Shown piece after piece: positions 25,290 through 35,296 of a DNA stretch of 41,954 nt (positions are counted from its first letter, which is position 1; each line of letters starts with the position of its first letter). The stretch spans positions 127,909-169,862 of the IMG/VR virus record IMGVR_UViG_3300029509_000119. One strand, 5' to 3'. This stretch comes from a virus. Lineage: Duplodnaviria; Heunggongvirae; Uroviricota; Caudoviricetes. Both the position numbers and the translations under genes were made by a program. Under the pieces are notes generated by a model. That model was not told the origin of the DNA. It was given only the letters and a program-made list of their open reading frames with translations, and searched no databases.

Positions 25290-28200
25290 ATGAAACCCGG
25301 GTTAAGAAAAATCGCCGCGCTCATATTGGCGTCCGCGACACTGTTCGGCGGAGGCGTGTTGTCGGCGTCCACCGCATATGCGGACGATACGACCTTGGAC
25401 ACATCCACTCAACTCCAAGCCGAACCCGATACGCAGACAACCATGGGCGGCGACGTGTCCGAAACGACCCCCGACAACGGCTCCGACAATGAGGCCGGAA
25501 CCGATACAGACAACCAATCCGACGATACGACGCCGCAGACAAACGTGGGTCAGGCCGCGCCCGACGTGACCATCCACGACATGCTCGACACGGACAGCGC
25601 CACCGTGTCGAAACTCAAACTCACCGGTTGGACGACCGGCACCGCCCCGTTCGACAAAGACAACGAACGCGGCGACGACAAGGACGACAACAATGCGATT
25701 GTCCGCTCCTACGATACGGTGACCTACGATTACGATTACACGCTTACGCCGGACGATGCGATGACCTACTATCGTAAGGCCCGCGTCGGCTTCCGGTTCG
25801 AACTGCCGTATCCGTCCAACAAGGTCACGTTCGCGACCGACCAGATGAACTGGGTTGACCAGACGCCCGGCTATACGGCGAAGGTCACGCAGGAGGGTGA
25901 CAGGCAGGTGTTCACTGCATACCGTCTGCTCACCCCCACGTCGAACAGTCCGACCGTCTGCCCCGGCACGTCCAGCATCACCCTCGCGGTCAAAGTGTTG
26001 GGAGCGTCCAACGGGTACAGGTTCCATCCGACCGTGAAGGCGTGGACGGTGCCGAACGACACGTCGAACCGTATCGTTTCGGACACGCCGAAGGATGTGA
26101 CGGTCAGTGCGAAGCTGAGTCTGAACGTTCGCATGGTCAACTATGGCATCAATGACAGGGGCGTGTTCGACTTCTCTTCGGGTGCTGCGAACGCGCCCAA
26201 CAAGACGGAGGGCAAGGTGACCGGCTTGGGCTTGGGCATCGCATTGGTTACGGAGATGCGTTGGCCCGACCGGACGAAGGGGTTGAAGGGTTTGGAGGCT
26301 CCGTCCGGCAGAATCACCTATAGGCTTCGCTTGTCCAACCAGTATTCGGATGATACGAAGACCGGGACGAAGCATCCGATGGAACGCCGTTGGCAGCCGT
26401 TGCTCTACGATTACGGGCATATCAGCAACATGGATTCGAAGTATGGTCGGACGTTCGCATGGATGGGCGACATGTTGCTTCAGGCTCCGGGCGTCGCCGA
26501 CCATGCCGACGGATATTTCAGAGTGGCGCGTGGCAATACGACGGTCACGTCCACGACCGGTGAGCAGGGCACGGATGTGACCGTCTCGTTCGACGGGTAC
26601 GACACGTCCGTCTTCCCTATCCACGAAGCCTATCCCCGTAACAACCAAGATAAATGCAGCACGCATTACATGTCGTCGGACTGCTCCACTCAGCAGGTCG
26701 GAGCCATCCACGTGGACGTGTTGCAGTTCATCACGCCCACCAGCCGTGACGGCAAGACCGTGGCACAGTATTACGGGAACGTTGAACAGACGGGCAACAT
26801 CAGCATGGACGACATGGGATTGACGGCCACCGGAGTCAGCGGAGACCGTCTCGCCACGGCGGAAGACAATTCGAATCAGGCCGTCACCGGTGACGACCAT
26901 GCGGGTTCGGCTGTGACCGTCCGCATACCGGGCACGTACAGTACGCGCGTCCGATACACGTACTGGAGCAACGACCGCTCCACGAACGATGCGGGCACGA
27001 GCGGCGACTGGATGACGCCCGACTGCGTCAACGGGTCCGACAGTCTCATACAGGGGTCGAAACTACGCCTCCAAATAGGCCACAACATCATAATCAACTC
27101 CGAAGGCGACGCCGAAGTGATGGGCATGGGCCTGGTCAAATTCGACCCGAACAGCATCGAACCGGTGGACGACCATCCCGACACGCAGCCGACCATTTTC
27201 ATGAACGCTTTCACGTGGGGCACGAGGGTGACCAAACAGAGGAACCAAATCCCCTACTGGTACGCCGTCAAAAAAGACGGCACCGGCTGGAAGGACTACA
27301 AGGAGCAACGCGACACGAAAATCAGCGGCCTCGACTACTATCCGACCCTCAACGAGGCGAAACGGCATGGCACGGTCGTCGGCATGCTGTTCGAAGACCA
27401 CAACACGGTGGACCCGACCGGCACGAGTTTCAGCCGAAGATTCACGCCCATCGTCTCCCTGCCCGCCCGCATCCTCGACACCGCGAGAATCGGCACGGTC
27501 ACACCCATCGTCGCCGAAACCGCCTACTGGACGCGCAACAGCCTCGCCCGGATTGCGAACCTGAACGCGGACGCGCCGGACACGCAATGGCAGCAATGGT
27601 CCGACAATCTCACCACCCGACTGCCCGAATACGCGAACAGCGTGAAACCCAACCTGACCTGTAGTGGCGACACATACCGTCCCGCCACGTTCGACGAAAA
27701 CGGCGTCTATCAGGGCGGCGACACCGCCGACACCATAAAAGGCGACAGCCTGTACGTGGCCGGCGAAACACCGCACATCGCCAAACAGGTCGCACAAGCC
27801 AACGAGTCCGGACATATCAAAACCGTCTACGATTTGGACAAGGAACAGCGTACGGTGGACTGGAAGCTCACCGCCACCGCAGACACGTCCACGACCACGG
27901 ACGGCGGACAGTACACGACCGACTACATCATCACCGACACGCTTCCCAAAGGATTAGCCTACGTGGACGGTTCCATGACGGTCGGCGGCCAATACTCGCA
28001 GCATACGCCCGACAAGGGCACGGTCACCGGCGGCACTCCCATCACGCCGACAATCGTCGCAAACAAGGACGGCACCACCACCATGACCATCAGGGTGAAC
28101 GGGGCGCGCGACGATTCGGGCACGCAGACCGTCATCCACTATTCCACCACCATCGGAGACGCGTCAGACCCCGGCCATGACGTGAGGAACAACGATTCGT

Positions 28201-31200
28201 TCACGAACCATGCGTCCATCCAGTCGAAACGCAACATGGCTCCCCCATTGGCTCAAAAGGCGCAGATAGCCGACGCGACGGTACGCGTCAGCCGCACCCA
28301 TTCGACCGCGTTGGCGACCCGCGCCGACCCGCTGCTGAACGACATCGAACGCCCGTTGGGATACAGGAACATGCTGGGCAACTTCTCCAAGGATGAGAAA
28401 ACCAATCCGTATGCGGTGGACGTCATGCCTTACAAGGGCTTGAACCAGTCCAACTATCACGGCGACTACACTCTGGCCGGACTCACCGTCAAGGCGGGTG
28501 CGGGCGCAAGCATGAACGGCGTCAAAGTCTACTTCACCACCGACCAGAAGTGGCGCAACGTGGACGCGACGAAGATAACCCGCGGACAGGTCCAACAATG
28601 GGCCGAAGCCACAGTGAATGCGACCACAGGCAAGGTGACCATCCCCGACGGCTACAGCAAGCCGGTGGCATGGGCGTTCACCTCGCCAAGTCTGCCCGCC
28701 AACGCCAGATATGACTTCATCCTGAGCATCAAGCCTACAAGCAACAGCGCGTCTGACGCGTACGTGAACCGTTGGGCGGACGGCGACAACAAGGTGGACG
28801 CGGTCACGCAGGTCGTGGAACGCAAGGTCAGCGGCGTCGCATGGTTCGACAACAATCATGACGGCATCCGACAGGATTCTGACCGGCTTCTCGCGGACGT
28901 GACCGTCACCCTCGTGGATGGCAACGGCAGGACAGTCACCAGTGTGAACGGCAAGCCCTGCACCACCACAACCGACAGGAACGGCCACTACGAAATCGGT
29001 TCCATTCCGGCGGGTTCCGGGTTCAAGCTCAGGTTCACGCCGAAAACCGGCATCACATGGCACGGACAGCATACGACCGCCAAAAACGCGAAGGAAGCGT
29101 CCGAGGCGACCGACTCCGACAGTGACGAGGAGGATGATGCGGACGGCAATATGATTGCCGGTGTAATCCGATTGAAGGATTTCCCCGCATTGGATAAGAT
29201 GACCTCCGCCGTCTACGATGACCCGAACGAAGACCATGGCATGAGAGGCACGCTCATGCCCGCCGTTCCGGCCACGTTCAAAGCGGTCAAAGTGTTGAAC
29301 GGTCGTCCGAACGGCGCTTGGACCGACAGGGACAAGTATGTTGCGGACATCACCCCGTTGGACAATGCCCCGAAGAGCGCGGTGCCATCCTCCATCACAT
29401 TCAGCGACAACAGGACGAAGACCGTCAAAATCAACCCCAGCGCGTTCCCCACGGATGGCGTCTACCGGTATCAGGTCAAGGAACGCAAGGGAGACAATGC
29501 GGGAGTCACCTACGACAGCCGCACTTGGATTCTGACCGTCACCGTCCAAGACGATTTGACCACGTTCAAACGTCACGTCACCGTCAACGCGGCATGTGAC
29601 GGAGTGCAATCCGACACCATCCAGTTCACGAACACGTATGCTCCGAAGGACACACAGGCCGTCATCGAAGCGGGCAAACTGTTCACGGATGCGGACAGGT
29701 CGGCCACGAAAATCACCGACTTCCAATTCGATTTGTACGCGAACGACAAGGCGTCCGGCACGCCAATCCAAACCGTGAACGCCACGGCGGACGGCAGAGT
29801 GGACTTCTCCCCGCTCCTGTTCACCAAGGCGAAGCTGAACGGCAAGGACAGGGCCGTGTTCAACTATTCCGTGCGTGAACGCAATACGGGCGCTGCGGGA
29901 GTCAAATACGACGGACATTATGCGGCGTGGACGGTTACGGTCACGGACGACAACAGTGGACAGTTGAAGGCGTCCATCACCAACCCGTCCGAAACCGAAG
30001 GACGGTTCGTTAACTCGTATTCCAGCCAGCCCGCGTCCATCACGCCGAAAGCCCGCAAGATGCTCGCCAATCCGTCCGGAACCCTCCGCCTGTTGAACGC
30101 CGACGAGTTCACGTTCGAATTGCAGGATGCGAACGGGAAGACCCTCCAATCCAAGGCGAACAAGGCCGACGGTACGGTAACGTTCGACAAAATCACCTAC
30201 GACACCGTAGGTGAATACGATTATCGAATCATCGAACAGTCGGGCAAACTGGCGGGCATCACCTACGACCAGACCGTGCATATGATGCACGTGACGGTCG
30301 CCGATAACGGTTACGGACAGTTGAAGGCCACCGTCATCTATGATGGCGGCAAGGATACGCCCGTGTTCACCAACACGTACAATCCGAAGGATGCGACCGT
30401 CACCCTCACCGCCCACAAGACGTTCGGCAACGCCGACAACAGTCACGCGAAGCTCACCGACTTCCAATTCCAACTGTTCGACAACGAGCAGGCGGTCGGC
30501 GTGCCCGTGCAGACCGTCAACGCCGCCGAGGATGGTACCATCCGCTTCCAGCCGTTGACGTTCACCGCCAGCCAGCTGAAAGGCAACAAGTCCAAGACGT
30601 TCGCCTATACGGTGCGTGAAATCCGCCAGTCGGCGGGCGGCGTCAACTACGATTCCCACATGGGCTTGTGGCAAATCACCGTCACCGACGATTTGACCGG
30701 ACAGTTGAAAGCCCAAACCAGAACGAACGCGGCCTATCCGACCACGTTCACGAACACGTATCAGGTGAAGCCGGTCAGCGTGCAATTCCGTGCGCACAAG
30801 ACCCTCAACGACCCCGACCATACAGGCATCCAACTGCAAGCCGGACAATACGAGTTCAAATGCGTCGAGGACAAGACAGGAGGTCAGGCTGGAACGGTGA
30901 AAACCAACGACCAGCAAGGCAACATCCTGTTCGACACCATCTCCTACACGAAGACGGGAGTGTACGACTACACGCTCAGCGAAGTCCACGGCGATAACGG
31001 CGGCGTCACCTATGATGCTATGAAACATCATGTGAAAGTCACCATCACCGACAATGGCGAAGGACAATTACTGGCCGACGTGAAATATGATAACGGAACC
31101 AACATTCCGGAATTCACCAACACGTACCATGCCCAACCCGCCACGGACAATCCGACCGCAGTGAAGAAGATGACCTCCTCCAAGGGCAACAAGTACACGC

Positions 31201-32990
31201 TCAAGGGCGAAGACTTCGCGTTCACGCTCCAACAACAGTCCGCGCCCGCCAACGTGTCGAACGCCGACCAGACGAAACGGAACGACCAGCAGGGCAACAT
31301 CCGATTCAACCAACTGTCGTTCCCGCTCGTAGGCACCTACGTGTTCACCATGTCGGAACAGGATGCGACCGTTCCGGGCGTCACCAAGGACGGGACGGTT
31401 GCGACCATCACCTACGTGGTCAAGGATGTTGACCATACGGGCAAGCTGACCGTCGTGTCCAAGACCGTCACCCCGACCACCGGCGCTAACGGCAAGAACA
31501 TCACGTTCACCAACCATTACAGTCCGAAGAACGTCGGATACTCTATCAGCGGCGTGAAAAACATCGTCAACACGGATACGGCAACCAGCCGCGTTCCACA
31601 AGACGGTGAATTCAAGTTCCAGTTGAACGCGGTATCCGCACACGACGCGGACGGCAACGCCATCAGCATGAACGACATGCCAATGCCAGCCGGAAGCCAA
31701 AACGGAACAGTAGCCGTCACCAACAAGGGAAGCGGTTTCACATTCGGACAAATGGTCTATACCATGCCCGGCGTATACACGTATCACGTGAAGGAACTCG
31801 CCGGAATGGACAAGACCATCGGCTACTCCACTCAGGAATACGATGTGACCGTCACCGTCACCGACAACGGCGGTATGCTCGCGGCCACCGCCGACAGTCA
31901 GACCAATGACATCCGATTCGACAACACGTACACGCCAACACCGGCCAGCGTGCAACTCGAAGCGGCCAAACATCTGACCGGACGTGGTTTGAACGACAAC
32001 GAATTCTCCGCCGAATTGAAGGATTCCAACGGCAACCTGCTCCAAACGAAACAGTTCACCCACAGTCCGCGCAACACGCAATCCGACAAGGTCGCGGCAC
32101 GCGAAGGAGACGGTACGCTCGACTTCGACAAGCTCACCTTCGACAAGACCGGCGTGTATACGTACACGGTTGACGAACAGGATGGAACCTTGGGTGGCGT
32201 CACCTACGACAACACCATCCACACCGTCACCGTCACCGTCACCGAGGACGCGAAGAGCCACAGGCTCGTCGCCAGCGTCGCCTACTCCAACGGCAAAGCC
32301 AGCGAAAAGAGCATCCTCTTCCAGAACACGTACCAGCCGGAAGACGTGTTGGTTGGACTGTCGGCTAAGAAGAATCTGACCGGACGTGAACTGCAAGCCT
32401 ACGAATTCGAGTTCGAACTTGTGGACGACAAGGGCAATGTCATCGACAGTGAGAAGAACGACAAGCAGGGCAACATCCAGTTCAAGCCGCTCACCTACGG
32501 TCGAGACAATGATGGAGTGGATGATTGCGGTGAATACCAGTATGTGATTCGCGAGAAGAACACCGGTGAAAAGAACGTCACCTACGACAAGACGGAACAT
32601 CACGTGACCGTCACCGTAAGCGACAATCTGCAAGGCAACCTGACCGCCAAAGTCCAATACGACCCGACGGACGATACGGCGAAGGATTCCAGCACCATGC
32701 TCGTCACGCCGACCGCTAAGGCCGACAAGACCGACGAGAATGCCGGTGAGGATGAGAACAATCCGACCACAACCCCCAGCATGGTCACGACCACCGGAAC
32801 CCAACCCGAGTTCACCAACTCGTACATTCCACCGGTCACACCGGCCATCGTGAAGACGATTCGCCAACTCGCCAAGACCGGCGTATCCACGCCGACCGTG
32901 GCGTTGGCCGCGTTCACGCTCTTGGGAGTGGGATTGATGCTGTTCCGCCGTCGCGGAAACCAAACCGAGACCGCGCGGCACAGGAAGTAA
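25290..32990 (+). CDS. Giant sortase-anchored adhesin with SdrD-B-like domain and nine Spy0128/FctA-type isopeptide repeats
   Basis: Signal peptide ending AYA, VSGVAWFDNNHDGIRQ SdrD-B motif, nine K...Y.Y.V.E...F.N.Y repeats, LAKTG plus TM plus RRR tail. Confidence 0.9.
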   Translation: MKPGLRKIAALILASATLFGGGVLSASTAYADDTTLDTSTQLQAEPDTQTTMGGDVSETTPDNGSDNEAGTDTDNQSDDTTPQTNVGQAAPDVTIHDMLDTDSATVSKLKLTGWTTGTAPFDKDNERGDDKDDNNAIVRSYDTVTYDYDYTLTPDDAMTYYRKARVGFRFELPYPSNKVTFATDQMNWVDQTPGYTAKVTQEGDRQVFTAYRLLTPTSNSPTVCPGTSSITLAVKVLGASNGYRFHPTVKAWTVPNDTSNRIVSDTPKDVTVSAKLSLNVRMVNYGINDRGVFDFSSGAANAPNKTEGKVTGLGLGIALVTEMRWPDRTKGLKGLEAPSGRITYRLRLSNQYSDDTKTGTKHPMERRWQPLLYDYGHISNMDSKYGRTFAWMGDMLLQAPGVADHADGYFRVARGNTTVTSTTGEQGTDVTVSFDGYDTSVFPIHEAYPRNNQDKCSTHYMSSDCSTQQVGAIHVDVLQFITPTSRDGKTVAQYYGNVEQTGNISMDDMGLTATGVSGDRLATAEDNSNQAVTGDDHAGSAVTVRIPGTYSTRVRYTYWSNDRSTNDAGTSGDWMTPDCVNGSDSLIQGSKLRLQIGHNIIINSEGDAEVMGMGLVKFDPNSIEPVDDHPDTQPTIFMNAFTWGTRVTKQRNQIPYWYAVKKDGTGWKDYKEQRDTKISGLDYYPTLNEAKRHGTVVGMLFEDHNTVDPTGTSFSRRFTPIVSLPARILDTARIGTVTPIVAETAYWTRNSLARIANLNADAPDTQWQQWSDNLTTRLPEYANSVKPNLTCSGDTYRPATFDENGVYQGGDTADTIKGDSLYVAGETPHIAKQVAQANESGHIKTVYDLDKEQRTVDWKLTATADTSTTTDGGQYTTDYIITDTLPKGLAYVDGSMTVGGQYSQHTPDKGTVTGGTPITPTIVANKDGTTTMTIRVNGARDDSGTQTVIHYSTTIGDASDPGHDVRNNDSFTNHASIQSKRNMAPPLAQKAQIADATVRVSRTHSTALATRADPLLNDIERPLGYRNMLGNFSKDEKTNPYAVDVMPYKGLNQSNYHGDYTLAGLTVKAGAGASMNGVKVYFTTDQKWRNVDATKITRGQVQQWAEATVNATTGKVTIPDGYSKPVAWAFTSPSLPANARYDFILSIKPTSNSASDAYVNRWADGDNKVDAVTQVVERKVSGVAWFDNNHDGIRQDSDRLLADVTVTLVDGNGRTVTSVNGKPCTTTTDRNGHYEIGSIPAGSGFKLRFTPKTGITWHGQHTTAKNAKEASEATDSDSDEEDDADGNMIAGVIRLKDFPALDKMTSAVYDDPNEDHGMRGTLMPAVPATFKAVKVLNGRPNGAWTDRDKYVADITPLDNAPKSAVPSSITFSDNRTKTVKINPSAFPTDGVYRYQVKERKGDNAGVTYDSRTWILTVTVQDDLTTFKRHVTVNAACDGVQSDTIQFTNTYAPKDTQAVIEAGKLFTDADRSATKITDFQFDLYANDKASGTPIQTVNATADGRVDFSPLLFTKAKLNGKDRAVFNYSVRERNTGAAGVKYDGHYAAWTVTVTDDNSGQLKASITNPSETEGRFVNSYSSQPASITPKARKMLANPSGTLRLLNADEFTFELQDANGKTLQSKANKADGTVTFDKITYDTVGEYDYRIIEQSGKLAGITYDQTVHMMHVTVADNGYGQLKATVIYDGGKDTPVFTNTYNPKDATVTLTAHKTFGNADNSHAKLTDFQFQLFDNEQAVGVPVQTVNAAEDGTIRFQPLTFTASQLKGNKSKTFAYTVREIRQSAGGVNYDSHMGLWQITVTDDLTGQLKAQTRTNAAYPTTFTNTYQVKPVSVQFRAHKTLNDPDHTGIQLQAGQYEFKCVEDKTGGQAGTVKTNDQQGNILFDTISYTKTGVYDYTLSEVHGDNGGVTYDAMKHHVKVTITDNGEGQLLADVKYDNGTNIPEFTNTYHAQPATDNPTAVKKMTSSKGNKYTLKGEDFAFTLQQQSAPANVSNADQTKRNDQQGNIRFNQLSFPLVGTYVFTMSEQDATVPGVTKDGTVATITYVVKDVDHTGKLTVVSKTVTPTTGANGKNITFTNHYSPKNVGYSISGVKNIVNTDTATSRVPQDGEFKFQLNAVSAHDADGNAISMNDMPMPAGSQNGTVAVTNKGSGFTFGQMVYTMPGVYTYHVKELAGMDKTIGYSTQEYDVTVTVTDNGGMLAATADSQTNDIRFDNTYTPTPASVQLEAAKHLTGRGLNDNEFSAELKDSNGNLLQTKQFTHSPRNTQSDKVAAREGDGTLDFDKLTFDKTGVYTYTVDEQDGTLGGVTYDNTIHTVTVTVTEDAKSHRLVASVAYSNGKASEKSILFQNTYQPEDVLVGLSAKKNLTGRELQAYEFEFELVDDKGNVIDSEKNDKQGNIQFKPLTYGRDNDGVDDCGEYQYVIREKNTGEKNVTYDKTEHHVTVTVSDNLQGNLTAKVQYDPTDDTAKDSSTMLVTPTAKADKTDENAGEDENNPTTTPSMVTTTGTQPEFTNSYIPPVTPAIVKTIRQLAKTGVSTPTVALAAFTLLGVGLMLFRRRGNQTETARHRK

Positions 32991-33003
32991 GGTCACGGTA
33001 GGC

Positions 33004-33060
33004 CAGTGGAAAGGCCGGGCGGGGGAGCTGATTCCCCGCCCGGCCTTTCCACTGTTTTCT
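33004..33060 (+). terminator. Intrinsic terminator after the adhesin
   Basis: 21-bp stem CAGTGGAAAGGCCGGGCGGGG / CCCCGCCCGGCCTTTCCACTG followed by TTTTCT. Confidence 0.9.
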
Positions 33061-33110
33061 TAAATGTCGGATACCATGTTTATGAGCAGCATTCAGGAGA
33101 ACGGAAAAAC

Positions 33111-33320
33111 GTGGAAGACAATCAGCCTAAACGTGGCATGACAGGGGATTGCGATTGCGGATGTTCCACTTCGGTCGCTCAGACCGAGGAGGACTTCACC
33201 CTGTACCGAAAGGCCGTGGAGAGGCTACACGACGACGATGGTACGCGGCTCACCGGCGAGGAAGTGTTCGGCGTTGGCTATACGCCGGTGGACGACGGAT
33301 ACAAGCCGGAGTTCGAGTGA
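33111..33320 (+). CDS. Small acidic protein, possible orphan antitoxin fragment
   Basis: GTG start after AGGAG. EEDFTLYRKAVERL..DDG.RL..EEV resembles antitoxin C-terminal segments (recalled similarity only). Confidence 0.4.
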   Translation: MEDNQPKRGMTGDCDCGCSTSVAQTEEDFTLYRKAVERLHDDDGTRLTGEEVFGVGYTPVDDGYKPEFE

Positions 33321-33372
33321 CACCAAAGAGGAAACGTGAGCGTGTGCCGTTCTTAGGGTTCCGCCAATTGTA

Positions 33373-33401
33373 TGATATACTGGAATTGTTCACACAAACA
33401 A
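33373..33401 (+). promoter_or_regulatory. Repeated promoter/operator, copy A
   Basis: TGATATACTGGAATTGTTCACACAAACAA; 27 bp identical to 34094-34120. Confidence 0.75.
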
Positions 33402-33435
33402 GGGTTGAAACCCGCCACACACAAAGGAGACCAAA

Positions 33436-34011
33436 ATGCTCAGCCTCGAAGTCCGAATCAACAATCGCACAAACCGCTGGACGAACGTCACCAACGACTT
33501 CCTCAACATCACCAGCCGCAACCACTCCAGCGGACGCAAATACTGGCGAACCCTGCGAGGCGTCGAAAACTACATCGCCAAAGCCGTAAAAACCTACCCT
33601 TGGCTCACCCGTGAAAACTTCCGCATCAACGGCACCGAAGAGGAACGCCGCAAGCCTCAAAAGACCGCCGCCGACATGGAAGTGCATGTGGGAGACATAT
33701 TCGTCAGCTCTTGGGGCTACAGCATGACCCTTGTGGACTTCTACCAAGTGACCAAGGTCAGCAAAACAGGCAAGAGCGTCAACGTCCGCAAACTCGCCCA
33801 CAAGGTCGTAGACGGCGCAATCAGCTCTCCGCAAGGCGGGCGCGTGGCTCCCGTCAAGGACTGTTTCGTGGGGGAGGAGCTGAGGAACAAGCGCGTCAGG
33901 GGAGATTATGGCGCGAACCCCCGCCCTATGTTCGCGGTGAATGATTGCGCCACCGCCCATTTGGTTGAGGACATCGACCCGAACGGATATTTCATGTGTG
34001 ATTGGGACTGA
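33436..34011 (+). CDS. Conserved phage/plasmid hypothetical protein
   Basis: AAGGAG RBS. The VGDIFVSSWGYSMTLVDFYQV motif is of a type I recall from mobile-element proteins. Confidence 0.75.
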   Translation: MLSLEVRINNRTNRWTNVTNDFLNITSRNHSSGRKYWRTLRGVENYIAKAVKTYPWLTRENFRINGTEEERRKPQKTAADMEVHVGDIFVSSWGYSMTLVDFYQVTKVSKTGKSVNVRKLAHKVVDGAISSPQGGRVAPVKDCFVGEELRNKRVRGDYGANPRPMFAVNDCATAHLVEDIDPNGYFMCDWD

Positions 34012-34071
34012 TGTTTTCCTGCAAGGGGTTTAATTGTTTCTGAGGTGGATTGACCACTTGTTTGTTGCTGG

Positions 34072-34120
34072 TTGACTTTCGAGCCAATATATAATATACT
34101 GGAATTGTTCACACAAACAA
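34072..34120 (+). promoter_or_regulatory. Repeated promoter/operator, copy B (near-consensus sigma70)
   Basis: TTGACT-17 bp-TATACT followed by GGAATTGTTCACACAAACAA. Confidence 0.8.
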
Positions 34121-34141
34121 AATCCTTAAAAAGGAGCCGAA

Positions 34142-34396
34142 ATGACCATCAACCTGAACGACATCACCGGACAGGAATCGGGAATCCTCCCGGAAAAACC
34201 GTACGAGGAAGACCCATACGGATTCGCAAGGGAGAAGCTAGGCGAGGCACATAGCGCCCTGTACGAAGCGCTAGAAGCTTTGGAATCGGTCGGGGCTGAT
34301 TTCTGCACCGACCTTGGATACTACGGCGACACCATGGAGGGGCAAAGCTTGCTGGATGTCGTCTCGGACATCGAGAACTCACTGGAGGGCATGTGA
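34142..34396 (+). CDS. Small acidic hypothetical protein
   Basis: AAGGAG RBS; first 15 aa identical to those of the next gene. Confidence 0.7.
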   Translation: MTINLNDITGQESGILPEKPYEEDPYGFAREKLGEAHSALYEALEALESVGADFCTDLGYYGDTMEGQSLLDVVSDIENSLEGM

Positions 34397-34437
34397 CCAT
34401 CAACCTGAACGACATCACCGGACAGGAATCGGGAATC
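34143..34437 (+). repeat. 44-bp perfect direct repeat at the 5' ends of two adjacent genes
   Basis: TGACCATCAACCTGAACGACATCACCGGACAGGAATCGGGAATC at 34143-34186 and 34394-34437. Confidence 0.9.
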
Positions 34438-34737
34438 ATCCTCGTGGAAATGGATGACGGGCGACACATGAACGTGGTTGCCAACTGGGGCGACAAGAAC
34501 GGACTGCCGTATCTCGTCGAACCAATGCTCGAACCATTCTCGTTCGTCTTCCTCCAACCGGAGGACGTCCACGTCGAAACCGAACGCATCCACAGTGGGA
34601 CGCTCAACGACGAAATCGCCCACGACGGTCTCGAAGACTGGAACCCGTTGAACGATGACTTGGACTCTGATGAACCCTGCGACGTATACCCGCTGTCGAA
34701 CGGCTGGATTGTCGTCGCGCCGAAGGAATGGAACTGA
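34393..34737 (+). CDS. Small acidic hypothetical protein
   Basis: GTG start overlaps the upstream TGA, GGAGG RBS. Confidence 0.7.
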   Translation: MTINLNDITGQESGIILVEMDDGRHMNVVANWGDKNGLPYLVEPMLEPFSFVFLQPEDVHVETERIHSGTLNDEIAHDGLEDWNPLNDDLDSDEPCDVYPLSNGWIVVAPKEWN

Positions 34738-34741
34738 CGAA

Positions 34742-35293
34742 ATGAAAACACGCGACATCCTCAACACCGTCACCCGCATACTGCCGGGCTGGCATGTGTA
34801 CAACGACCGCCAATTCGGATGCATCACCACATTCGACCCTCAAGCGGGATACGAGGTCACCGTCTACCTTCCCGGCAGCGACACCATTCGCATCGTCCGC
34901 ACGCGGTACGAGCTTGAGTACGAGCTTGTCGAAGATGTAACCGTCCTCGACACGTCCGACATGGGTGAGGAACAGGCGTTGGACGAGCTGGCCCACCTGC
35001 TGGCCGCGCCCATGCCACGCACCGACCGTCTCATACGACTGAAGGAACGGTTCGACAAGACCGCCGAATGGTGTCGAAACGCGCTTGGTGACGAACAGGA
35101 GGCGAAGGATATAGAAGACATGTCCGAACACTACATGCATGTATGCGAATCCTGCAACAAATATCCCGAACATGACCCGGTGTCCGTGTTCGAGGGGTGG
35201 CTGCTGGGCGAGGAGCTTGGCAGCCCGTATGAGACGCGCCGTCATGCCGCGTTGCACATGCTGTCCGCCGTGCGCCGACTGGACAAGGAGTGA
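34742..35293 (+). CDS. Hypothetical protein
   Basis: MKTRDIL start 4 nt after the previous stop, coding-like codon bias. Confidence 0.7.
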   Translation: MKTRDILNTVTRILPGWHVYNDRQFGCITTFDPQAGYEVTVYLPGSDTIRIVRTRYELEYELVEDVTVLDTSDMGEEQALDELAHLLAAPMPRTDRLIRLKERFDKTAEWCRNALGDEQEAKDIEDMSEHYMHVCESCNKYPEHDPVSVFEGWLLGEELGSPYETRRHAALHMLSAVRRLDKE

Positions 35294-35296
35294 ACC

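Noticed and set aside
23127..32996. Very long minus-strand ORFs (687, 532, 967, 642 aa)
   Set aside because: Antisense shadows of GC3-biased adhesin genes, with V/G/R-rich non-protein-like composition.
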